Virus record (IMG/VR): IMGVR_UViG_2529292906_000010
Origin: a virus
Lineage: Duplodnaviria > Heunggongvirae > Uroviricota > Caudoviricetes
Direction: 5' to 3' (one strand)
Length of the DNA: 47,757 nucleotides
Part shown: piece after piece, positions 36,133-45,701 of the stretch
How the letters are laid out: each line of letters starts with the position of its first letter
Numbering within the stretch: the stretch's first letter is position 1
Made by a program: the position numbers and the translations under genes
Notes under the pieces: generated by a model
Told to the model about the DNA's origin: nothing
Seen by the model: only the letters and a program-made list of their open reading frames with translations
Database searches by the model: none

Positions 36133-37595
36133 TGGGATATCGCCACGGTATTTATATATCTGAACTGGCTACATCTATAACTCCTCCAGTGCAAGTTAGT
36201 GCTGGGTTGATTGTCGCATTTGGTACGGCTCCTGTTAATCAGTTAGAAGATCCAGCCTCAGCGGTAAATAAACCTATCATTGCTTATACATACGCAGAGG
36301 CCGTATCTAAAATAGGATATAGCACAAACTTCGAGAAATATACTTTAAGCGAAGTAATTAAAGTCGCATTTGGAATATATGGTGTTGCGCCAGTTGTATT
36401 TATCAATGTGCTTGATCCAGCAAAACATAAGAAAGACGTTACTGATGAGTTAGTAAAACTTTCTGGCGGGAAAGGTACGCTCTCTAACGATGGTGTCTTA
36501 TATAAATCTGTTGTTGTGAAAAAAGCAGATGGTGATTCGCCTGGGTTAACGCTTGATACCGATTATGTGCTGGCGCTGGATGATAATGGCTATACGGTCA
36601 TTACAGCTATTAGCGGAGGAAAAATTACCGAAAAAGACGCTACTCTTAAGGTTAGTTATACGCATCTTGATCCCGGTGCCGTAACTAAAAATGACATTAT
36701 CGGTGGTGTGGATTCCAACACTAAAGCCAATACAGGGCTTGAGTTACTGTCAGATGTGTATCCCCGCTTCAAGTTAGTTCCTGGACAAGTGATTGCACCT
36801 GGATTTAGTTCTGATAGTGAAGTTGGTCAGCTAATGGCGGCTAAAGCCGCGCTGATTAGTGAATTGTTCAAAGCTGAAGCTATAACGGATGCGCCGACCG
36901 ATAAATCTACTATCAGTGATTACTCGGCTGTTCCTGAATGGAAACAGAACAATAATCACATGGCCGCTAACCAGACAGTGTGCTGGCCGATGGTGAAACT
37001 TGGTGACAATATTTACCATCACTCAACCCATTTAGCGGCCGCAACATGCTTGCTGGATAGTCAGTATGGTGATATTCCATCACGTTCTCCGTCAAATATA
37101 AAACTACAGATGGACGGTGCTGTACGTAAAGATGGCAGTGAAGTATGGCTTAACATTAGTCAGGCAAACTACTTAAATGGACAGGGGATTGTAACAAGCC
37201 TTAATTTTGATGGTTGGAAATCATGGGGAAACCGTAATGCTATTTATCCAACATCTACAGACCCCAAAGACGCATTTCGTGTTTGCCGACGTATGTTTAA
37301 CTGGGTGGGTAATACGTTAATTCTTTCGCATTGGTCAAAAATAGACAATCCTGCAAACCGTCGATTAATTGAATCGATTGTTACAAGTGCGAATATTTGG
37401 CTTAACGGCCTCACAGGTAATCAGGATATTGCAGGTGGTGTTGTTACCTTTGATCAGTCTGAAAACACGATTACGTCATTAATGGACGGGATTGTTAAAT
37501 TCCATGTAAAAATGACACCATTCTCACCTGCCAGAGATATTGAGTTCGTCATGGAATATAATCCTGATTATCTGCTGAACTTGTTTTCTGAATAA
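36132..37595 (+). CDS. tail sheath protein
   Basis: 487 aa, followed by tube gene; typical contractile-tail order. Confidence 0.85.
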   Translation: MGYRHGIYISELATSITPPVQVSAGLIVAFGTAPVNQLEDPASAVNKPIIAYTYAEAVSKIGYSTNFEKYTLSEVIKVAFGIYGVAPVVFINVLDPAKHKKDVTDELVKLSGGKGTLSNDGVLYKSVVVKKADGDSPGLTLDTDYVLALDDNGYTVITAISGGKITEKDATLKVSYTHLDPGAVTKNDIIGGVDSNTKANTGLELLSDVYPRFKLVPGQVIAPGFSSDSEVGQLMAAKAALISELFKAEAITDAPTDKSTISDYSAVPEWKQNNNHMAANQTVCWPMVKLGDNIYHHSTHLAAATCLLDSQYGDIPSRSPSNIKLQMDGAVRKDGSEVWLNISQANYLNGQGIVTSLNFDGWKSWGNRNAIYPTSTDPKDAFRVCRRMFNWVGNTLILSHWSKIDNPANRRLIESIVTSANIWLNGLTGNQDIAGGVVTFDQSENTITSLMDGIVKFHVKMTPFSPARDIEFVMEYNPDYLLNLFSE

Positions 37596-37611
37596 ATAAT
37601 AGGAGGTTGCT

Positions 37612-38133
37612 TTGAGCAATCAAATTCCTGAGAGACTTATTAACTTTACAGTATACGGTGAGGGAAACCGTATTATCGGTGTTGCTGACGCAAAGCTGCC
37701 ATCAATTGAGATGATGACAGAAACTGTTAGTGGTGCAGGTATCGCTGGAGAGCTTGAGAGCGGAACGCTGGGGCATTTCAAACCAATGACTGTCTCTCTT
37801 AAATGGCGAACTCTGACCTCTGCTGGTACAAAATTATTTCTATCCTCATCGCATCAGGTAGATTTTCGCGGTAGCCAGCAGGTTTATGATGCAGGAACAG
37901 GAAAATATAAAACGGTTCCTATTCGGGCTTCAATGAAGCTAAATCCTAAAAAACTGGATTTAGGTTCGCTACAGGTGGCAAAGGCTACTGATTCAGAGAA
38001 TGAATTTGAAGTTCTCTATATCAAATTATTTATTGATGGGAAAGAAGTCCTGGAAATTGATAAGTTGAACTTTATTTGTATCTTTGATGGTGAAGATATA
38101 TTAAAAAGCGTTCGTGATGATTTAGGTTTATAA
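37612..38133 (+). CDS. tail tube protein
   Basis: 173 aa; TTG start with AGGAGG RBS. Confidence 0.7.
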   Translation: MSNQIPERLINFTVYGEGNRIIGVADAKLPSIEMMTETVSGAGIAGELESGTLGHFKPMTVSLKWRTLTSAGTKLFLSSSHQVDFRGSQQVYDAGTGKYKTVPIRASMKLNPKKLDLGSLQVAKATDSENEFEVLYIKLFIDGKEVLEIDKLNFICIFDGEDILKSVRDDLGL

Positions 38134-38142
38134 GGTGACAAA

Positions 38143-38424
38143 ATGGAAACCGTTAAATTAAGTAAAGAATATCGTTTTGAAGACTTTGAGCCGGTGACTG
38201 AACTCAACCTTGATTTAGACAACCTAAAAGGCAGTGATATTTTAGAGGTATCGGACTTACTGCAATCTCAAGGGCATGTTTCAGTTCAAACATCACTTGA
38301 TAATAAAGTCCATGCAGCCTTGGCTGCTCGCTGTATTGGTCGTCCAATAGAGTATCTGAATGGATTACCAGCGAAAGACTTTGTTAAAGTTTGTCAAAAG
38401 GTACAGAATTTTTTGCTCTCGTAG
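38143..38424 (+). CDS. tail assembly chaperone (P2 gpE-like)
   Basis: 93 aa upstream of tape measure; ends just after slippery TTTTTTG. Confidence 0.65.
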   Translation: METVKLSKEYRFEDFEPVTELNLDLDNLKGSDILEVSDLLQSQGHVSVQTSLDNKVHAALAARCIGRPIEYLNGLPAKDFVKVCQKVQNFLLS

Positions 38425-38573
38425 GTTTTGATGAGCAAAAACCTATTGATAAGCAAATAATGAGGGCCGCGAGTTCTCTATCTCAATCATCTCAATCAAC
38501 ACCTATATCCTACTGGCTTTCGCTTCGGTTGAGGCGAATCGTCGCATGGATTGACGTGTTTAATGAGGATTAA
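38143..38573 (+). CDS. tail assembly chaperone frameshift product (E+E'-like), via -1 shift at 38409-38415
   Basis: Heptamer T TTT TTG in frame; -1 frame continues FFALVGFDEQ... to 38573. Confidence 0.5.
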
Positions 38574-38578
38574 TACTA

Positions 38579-41370
38579 ATGGCCAGCAATAAGAACTTTA
38601 AGCTGGCTTTTGAAATTGGCGGCAAAGTTGCCGCCTCTCTCCCCAAAAGTTTTACTACAGCTAATCAGGCTGTTGCTAAATTAAATGCCGAGCTTGCTGG
38701 ATTAACGAAAGAACATGGGGAAATTCAAAAGCTACAATCTGTAAAAGTAAAGGTTGGACAGACTGCCCTCGAATATCATAAAGCTGCCGCTCGCGTTGAA
38801 GAGTTACAGAAGCAAATAAAAAACACGGCCAATCCAACCAGAGCGATGCTTCGTGACTTTGAGAAGGCAAAAACACATTCATCGAATTTACGAGCATCAC
38901 TACGTTCTCAGCGTGAAGAACTGGCCGCTTTAAAGTCTGCCTATCAGGGAGCTGATACATCTGCCAGAGCTTTGGCCTCAAGAGAGAAAGAGCTTAAAGC
39001 CAGCATTGATCGTAATCGTGAGGCTCAGGCCCGTAGCGTTGAGCAGGTTAACCGCTACAGAACGGCTTTGGCTTTAGCCAGAGCAAATGTTCAGCAAGTG
39101 AAAAACAGCAGGAGGAACTTAACCGGGCATTAGAAAAACAACGTATTGATAAAATTAACAGCTATAAAAATGCGTTGGCTGAAGCACGGAAAAATGTTCT
39201 TGCAGTAAAACGTGCTCAGGAGGAGTTAAACCGCGCGTTGGAAAGGCAGCGTGAATTGAAGCGAGAGCATCTTGGTGAGGCAAAGAGTCAACTTGTAAGG
39301 ACAGGATTACAAACTGGTGCTGTAGCGGCTGGTGCATTTGCTGCTGCTAATAATGCAGCAAATTTTAATCGTGAAAACAAAATGATTGGTCTTACGGCAG
39401 ATATGAAGCCGGAGGAAGTTCAGGCGATGGGGCAAGCGATGCTTGTTACCGGGGCGGCTACCAACCAGTTTGCATCTGATATTCAGGCCGCTCAGGGTTT
39501 TCTTGTCGCTGCTGGGCAGGATTATAAAGAGGCTCAGGCGAATCTACTAACTATTGGGCGAACAGCTACAGCTACTGGCTCTGATATCCTCGATGTCTCG
39601 AAAGCATCATTTACATTAAGTGACTCATTGAAGATTGATCCATCTCAAATGAAGTCTGCAATGGGGATTCTGGTTCAGGCAGGGAAAGAGGGAAACTTTG
39701 AATTTAAAGATATGGCCAAAAATCTTCCTGTGCTTGGTGCTCAGTTCCAGGCATTAAAAATGGGAGGTAAAGAAGCCGCCGCGACGATGGGGGCAGCTTT
39801 GCAGATAGCTCGCAAAGGTGCTGCAACTTCGGATGAGGCTGCTAATAATATGAACAACTTTTTGGCGAAAATACTTTCCCCTGAAACACTAAAAAAAGCA
39901 AAGAAAAATTTCGGTGTAGATTTATATAAAATTGTCACAGCAGCGCAGAAAAAAGGGAAGAATCCATTCGAAGCTGCAATGCATTCTGTCATGAAAATGA
40001 CTAAGAACGGAGATCAGAAGTTACTTGGTGAGCTATTTGGCGATATGCAGGTTCAGAACTTTGTTCGTCCGATGATTCAAAACTGGAAGGAATACCAGAG
40101 AATCAAAGCAACATCTCTTGGAGCTGGAAGTGCTGTTATTGACCGCGATTTTGCCAACATAACGAAAGATAATGCGGAGCGATTGAAACAATTACGTATT
40201 CAGGCTAGCAATGCATCATTAAGTTTTGGTCAGGCCTTGCAACCTGCTTTAAATGCCGCGCTTAGTGTTTTGGTTCCGCTGATTACAAAAATCAGTGAAT
40301 TTGTAGCTAACAACCCCAATTTTGTTTCTCAGATTGTGATGGCGGCAGGTGCGTTTCTAACCATGAAAAGTGTGGTTATAGCGTGTAGGGTAGCTATGCT
40401 GGCTTTATCTGTAGCGACAAAGCTAACCCCTTTCGGGTGGATTCAGATGGCCATATCAGCCATTGTGGCGTTAGGTATATTGTTGTATCAGAATTGGGAT
40501 AAAATAAAAGAATGTGCATCAAAAGTTTGGCCTGCTATTAAGGATTACACTGTTAAGTCTTTTGAGACTATAAAAAACTTTATCTTAAACTTTGATCTCA
40601 ATGGATGGATTATATCTATGTTTGGTAAAGCATGGTATTATCTTTCCAACATAAACTGGAGTTCGGCAGGAGTAAGAATTTACAGTGCATTAATTAGTGC
40701 TTTTAAATGGATGTCTCCGCTTCCGTTCTTAATTAAAGCATTTAAACTTACAACAAATTACCTTTCTGGCATTAACTGGAGCGAAACAGGAAAGAAAATC
40801 ATAGATACACTGGTGTCTGTTTTTATGCGTTTTTCGCCAGTTGGACTATTTATAAGAGCATTCCAATCTGTAACGGCTTATTTATCTGGAATAAACTGGA
40901 GTGAGTCAGGTGCAAAAATAATTGAGACGTTAATCACTGGGATAAAATCAAAAGCAAATGCTTTAATTAATGAAGTGAAAGGCGTTTTTTCTTCTGTACG
41001 TGAGTATTTACCGTTCTCTGACGCGAAAAAAGGTCCATTCTCACAGCTAACAAAGTCAGGTGGTGCAATAATGACTACTCTGGCATCAGGTGTTAGCAGG
41101 AATAACAGCTTACAGAATGCAATAGCAACCAAGTTCGGGCAATCAAATTTATCACCTCACGGGATATCTGCCGCCGGGACTTCTGGACCTCGCCAGAACG
41201 TTAACGCTGTGACTGGTGGAATAACCTATTCACCTGTAATCAATCTTCCGGCTGGTTCACCAAAGGAAACTGAGGCGGCAGCTAAAAGAGCATTAGATGC
41301 GGGATATTCTGATTTTGAGAAGAAATTGAGTGCTCATATGTTCCAACAACGGAGATTAAGTTTTGGATGA
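38579..41370 (+). CDS. tail tape measure protein; frame interrupted in A5 run at 39101-39105
   Basis: Coiled-coil N-terminus continues across the apparent stop at 39131 in the -1 frame; C-terminal TM and GINWSE repeats. Confidence 0.8.
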
Positions 41371-41581
41371 TTATAGAACGGTTCAAGGGGACTCATGGGA
41401 TAGTATCGCGTTAAAGTTGTATGGTAATGAGTACCTGTCTTATCTTCTTATTGATGCTAATACTGAGCACCGCTTTACGGTGCTTTTTTCTGCGGGAATT
41501 ATTCTTAAAGTTCCTGATGCTCCGGTTATGCCAATATCAGTAAACAATTTGCCTCCGTGGAGACGCAATAGTGTTACGTAA
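41363..41581 (+). CDS. tail protein X-like (LysM-like)
   Basis: 72 aa; TTG start; DYRTVQGDSWDSIALKLYG motif. Confidence 0.45.
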   Translation: MDDYRTVQGDSWDSIALKLYGNEYLSYLLIDANTEHRFTVLFSAGIILKVPDAPVMPISVNNLPPWRRNSVT

Positions 41582-42572
41582 AACGCTTTTTGATGTTGTA
41601 TATCAGAGTGTAAATATTACCGCTCATATGTCACCTGATGTTTTGTCAATGTCTTATACAGATAATGAAGATGGTCAGGTCGATGATATTTCTATTATAT
41701 TAAAAAATGATGATGGGAAATGGTCTGGAGACTGGACACCTAAAAAGGGTGATTTTATTGATTTGAGCTTTAAGCCTATAAATCAAATCGTCCTTGAGTG
41801 TGGGAAATTCCAGGTGGATGGCATAACTTGCTCTGGACCACCTTCTGTTGTTGAGGTGACTGCTGTTTCTGTTCCTGTTTCATCAGGCATTAGACGTGAT
41901 TTAAAAAGTAATGCATGGGAAAAAACAACTCTTAAAGATATAGCGACTTCTATAGCTAAATTAGCTAACCTTGAACTGTTGTTTCTTATTGATGGTGATA
42001 GTAATCCATATTATGCGCGTGAAGATCAAATGGAGGAAAGCGATTTAAAATTTCTCCATCGACTTTGCCAGGATGAAGGGGTGTCGTTAAAGGTCACTGA
42101 TAGCCAATTAATAATATTTGCTCAAGAGATGTTTGAGCAAAAAGATCCTATCGCTACGCTTACGTTAGGTATTGATGAGATAATCAGATATAGCTTTAGC
42201 ACACAATCTACAGATTTGTATAAAAGTTGCACGTGCAAATATCGCGTACCTAAAAAAAGAAAGTCGCTTTCGTATACTTGGGTAGATCCATCCGTAGAAG
42301 AAGGGGCGAATCTTAAGATAAGAAAACTGGTAGCTAATTTAGATGAAGCAAAACGTAAGGCAAAGGCTGCTTTGCGGCTTAAAAATAGATATCAAAATAC
42401 CGGATCTTTAGTTTTGGTTGGAGACACCAGATTGGTAGCTGGTGTAACTATAAATCTGGACGGATTCGGTTCATTTTCTGGAAAATATCTTATATCGAAA
42501 GCTGTGCATTCAATTGGGGCTAGTGGTTATACCACCTCGATTGATGTCCGAAGAGTAATTAATGGGTATTAA
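41571..42572 (+). CDS. tail protein (P2 gpD-like late control D family)
   Basis: 333 aa after tape measure; GTG start. Confidence 0.65.
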   Translation: MLRKTLFDVVYQSVNITAHMSPDVLSMSYTDNEDGQVDDISIILKNDDGKWSGDWTPKKGDFIDLSFKPINQIVLECGKFQVDGITCSGPPSVVEVTAVSVPVSSGIRRDLKSNAWEKTTLKDIATSIAKLANLELLFLIDGDSNPYYAREDQMEESDLKFLHRLCQDEGVSLKVTDSQLIIFAQEMFEQKDPIATLTLGIDEIIRYSFSTQSTDLYKSCTCKYRVPKKRKSLSYTWVDPSVEEGANLKIRKLVANLDEAKRKAKAALRLKNRYQNTGSLVLVGDTRLVAGVTINLDGFGSFSGKYLISKAVHSIGASGYTTSIDVRRVINGY

Positions 42573-42574
42573 TT

Positions 42575-43195
42575 ATGAATGATTTAGAAACATTATTACG
42601 TCAGACTATAAGAGTTGGCGTTGTTTCTGATATTGATGATGGTGATGTTACAGCAAGAGTTACTTTCGATGATCAGGATAACGTCACTTCGGCAAAGTTA
42701 TCAGTTATTGTGAAAAATACAGATAAGAATGCTGATTACTGGATGCCAGATATTGGTGAGCAAGTTTTGTGTATCTTTCATCCCGCAGGGCCGCAACAAG
42801 GTTTTATTCTTGGTAGTTTTTATGATGAAACACAGAAGCCGCCATCTAATACTGTTAATAAACGCGTAATTAGATTTAATAACGGAACTCGTATTGAGAT
42901 AGACAGAGAATCTAATTTACTCCTTGTTGATGCTGTCGGAGATGTAACCGTTAAGGCTACAGGAACCGTAACTATTGATGCTCCAGAAACCATCATTACC
43001 GGAAATGCTACAGTTGAAGGATTACTAACCTTCAAAGGTGGAATGAAAGGATCTTCTGCTGGAGGTGTTGCAGCTACAATTTCTGGGAATGTTAAGGTTG
43101 TTGGTGGTGATATAGATGTTGATGGGATTAAATCTAAAGGCCACCATCACACAGCTCAGGGGGAATACGCTCCGACAACGGAGGCTCAGGCATGA
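42575..43195 (+). CDS. baseplate spike/assembly protein V-like
   Basis: 206 aa; repetitive Gly/Val-rich C-terminal region. Confidence 0.65.
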   Translation: MNDLETLLRQTIRVGVVSDIDDGDVTARVTFDDQDNVTSAKLSVIVKNTDKNADYWMPDIGEQVLCIFHPAGPQQGFILGSFYDETQKPPSNTVNKRVIRFNNGTRIEIDRESNLLLVDAVGDVTVKATGTVTIDAPETIITGNATVEGLLTFKGGMKGSSAGGVAATISGNVKVVGGDIDVDGIKSKGHHHTAQGEYAPTTEAQA

Positions 43196-43659
43196 TTGTG
43201 GGTATGCTTGGTACAATGCCTTTTGTTGCCTCATCAATAGTAGTGAATACGTTCAACAATTTTAAAAGGACGTCAAAGCGTCGTGTAGCGCGCCATGATG
43301 TTATTGGGCTTAAACCTGTTCTGGAGGATATAGGTCCAGATCTGGATGAAGTTAGTTTTAATATGCGGTTGGATACAACACTTGGCATTGTTCCATTGGC
43401 TGCGCTTTCATTACTTAGGACGATGCAATCAATTCAGGAAGTAAATCCTGTTGTAATTGGTATTCAGTATTTTGGTAATTTTATAATTACAGATATAGAG
43501 GAATCATGGACTTATTTCGGTCCAACTGGGAATCCGCGAGTGATTATCGTCGGCATTAAATTACAGGAAGTCGGACAGACCTCTCTGAAAGAAGCATTAG
43601 TTGATATTGCTGGCAATATAGAGTCAAAAACTAGAAGTGCGTTAGGTAAATTATTATGA
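43192..43659 (+). CDS. putative baseplate/tail protein
   Basis: 155 aa between V-like and W-like genes. Confidence 0.45.
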   Translation: MIVGMLGTMPFVASSIVVNTFNNFKRTSKRRVARHDVIGLKPVLEDIGPDLDEVSFNMRLDTTLGIVPLAALSLLRTMQSIQEVNPVVIGIQYFGNFIITDIEESWTYFGPTGNPRVIIVGIKLQEVGQTSLKEALVDIAGNIESKTRSALGKLL

Positions 43660-43976
43660 ATAATACGTTTACCATATTATCACCTTCTTACTCGATTGAT
43701 TGGTCGCCCAAAACAGTTGTAGAAGAAGTTTTGCAAAATGTCTCTACTATTATTAACACTCAGATTGGCACTGTACCATATGCCAGAAAATTAGGAGTTA
43801 ATTCAAGTCTTGTTGATAGCCCCAGTCCAATTTTTATTGCTACAGCAACACGAGAAATAATTCAAAAAATTAGTGAGTTTGAGCCTAGAGCGATTATCCA
43901 TTCTGTTACTTTTGAAAGAACGGACGTTTCTGATGGTTTTATTAGGCCAAAACTTGTGATAGGAGTTAGAGAATGA
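43656..43976 (+). CDS. baseplate wedge protein W (gp25-like)
   Basis: 106 aa immediately upstream of baseplate J. Confidence 0.65.
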   Translation: MNNTFTILSPSYSIDWSPKTVVEEVLQNVSTIINTQIGTVPYARKLGVNSSLVDSPSPIFIATATREIIQKISEFEPRAIIHSVTFERTDVSDGFIRPKLVIGVRE

Positions 43977-45097
43977 CGTTGCCGCGTGGTGGTTTGCCAG
44001 ATATTACTTTCGCAGATTCTAACCCGACTGATATAACAACTCGTTCAATCAGGGCTTTTGAGAGTATAACAGGTGAAACATTAGCACCTGCTGATCCACG
44101 TAGATTATTCATCTTATCATTGTGTGAGATTATTATACAGCAAAGAAAAGCTATCGATTTTTCTGCAAAACAAAACCTTCTTACATATGGTGAAGGTGAA
44201 TATCTCGACCATATAGGCTATCTGACGGATACGCCTAGGCTGGAAGCTCAATCTGCTTTGACTACATTTGAGTTTAATCTGTCAACAAAATTATCGGGGA
44301 TATATACAATACCTGCTAGCACTCAAGTTTCAACTGGAAATGGTGTTATTTTCCAAACAGATATTTTGTTGGAAATACCTGCTGGGAAAACAGTTGGTAC
44401 AGTCTCAGGATATGCTGTTATACCTGGTTTATCTGGGAATGGCTTTTTACCAGGGCAAATAAATGAGTTGGTGACTCCGTTGCCGTATGTTTCCAGCGTA
44501 AGGAATGTAACAACATCTAATTCTGGTGCTGATACGGAGTCAGATGATAATTATGCTGAAAGAATAAAACTGTCGCCGGAAAAACTGTCTACAGCAGGGC
44601 CGGAGGATTCTTATAAATATTGGACAAGAACAGCCAATCAGAATATAAAAGATGTGAATGTATATACACCATCGCCCGGAATTGTAGAAATCCGTTCTTT
44701 GTTAGAGAACGGAGATATACCTTCTGATGAACTATTAGAGCAGATAAATAGCGTTCTCTCTGCAACTAATATTCGACCATTCACAGATAAAGTTCTTGTT
44801 AAGAAACCAGAGAGCATTGAATACGATATAATAATTAAATACTGGATTAACTCATCGGACAAAAACAGAACAACTTTAATTCAAAGTGAGGTTGAGAAAG
44901 CTATTGATGAGTATAAACAATGGCAACGTTCGGTTATGGGAAGAGATATAAATCCAGATGAAATTATTCAACGTTTAAAAAATGCTGGGGCTAAAAGATT
45001 AGAAATATCAAGTCCTGTTTTTACTGTGGTTGGAGAGACACAGGTCGCCAGAGAGAGAAATATAAATTGCCAGTATGCGGGGTTAGAGGATGGCTGA
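43973..45097 (+). CDS. baseplate protein J-like
   Basis: 374 aa between W-like and I-like genes. Confidence 0.8.
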   Translation: MTLPRGGLPDITFADSNPTDITTRSIRAFESITGETLAPADPRRLFILSLCEIIIQQRKAIDFSAKQNLLTYGEGEYLDHIGYLTDTPRLEAQSALTTFEFNLSTKLSGIYTIPASTQVSTGNGVIFQTDILLEIPAGKTVGTVSGYAVIPGLSGNGFLPGQINELVTPLPYVSSVRNVTTSNSGADTESDDNYAERIKLSPEKLSTAGPEDSYKYWTRTANQNIKDVNVYTPSPGIVEIRSLLENGDIPSDELLEQINSVLSATNIRPFTDKVLVKKPESIEYDIIIKYWINSSDKNRTTLIQSEVEKAIDEYKQWQRSVMGRDINPDEIIQRLKNAGAKRLEISSPVFTVVGETQVARERNINCQYAGLEDG

Positions 45098-45671
45098 TAT
45101 CTTTAATGTTAGCTTGTTGGATGTTTTACCTCCTAACTTAGCTAGCGATCCCAACGTGATAGCTATGTCGAAAGCTATCGATGATGAACTACAAGCAATT
45201 AACAATTTAATATATAAGACAGAAATATATAGCGTTGTTGATAACCTGGATTCAGTTGTCCTCGATCATTTAGCTTGGCAATGGAATGCTGATACATGGA
45301 GGGATAGTTGGCCTGTATCGTTAAAGCGTTCTGTTTTCAATTCAATAATACGAACAAAGCGAATAAAGGGTACAAGGGCAGCGGTTGAAGATGTAGTAAA
45401 TAGCTTGGGTGGAGAGGTAAACATAATAGAATGGTTTGAAACATCACCACCTGGCGAACCATATACAGCCTCAATTGTTGCTTCGATTAACTCTTTTGAT
45501 GGTGCCGTTCCTTCGAAAGAGATGTTGGAAGATACGTTAAGAAGTATCAAGAGCGCAAAGTCGGCAAGAACATTATTTACATTTTCGCAAGCAGCCAATG
45601 TTTCTGGTGGTGTCGGTATTGTTGGTGCTTGTCAGCCTGTGTCTTATATACGATTAATTGGCGAGTGTTAA
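45090..45671 (+). CDS. tail protein I-like
   Basis: 193 aa between J and tail fibre. Confidence 0.65.
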   Translation: MADIFNVSLLDVLPPNLASDPNVIAMSKAIDDELQAINNLIYKTEIYSVVDNLDSVVLDHLAWQWNADTWRDSWPVSLKRSVFNSIIRTKRIKGTRAAVEDVVNSLGGEVNIIEWFETSPPGEPYTASIVASINSFDGAVPSKEMLEDTLRSIKSAKSARTLFTFSQAANVSGGVGIVGACQPVSYIRLIGEC

Positions 45672-45701
45672 TTCGCAATTTGTTTATTCAAGGAATTAAG
45701 C

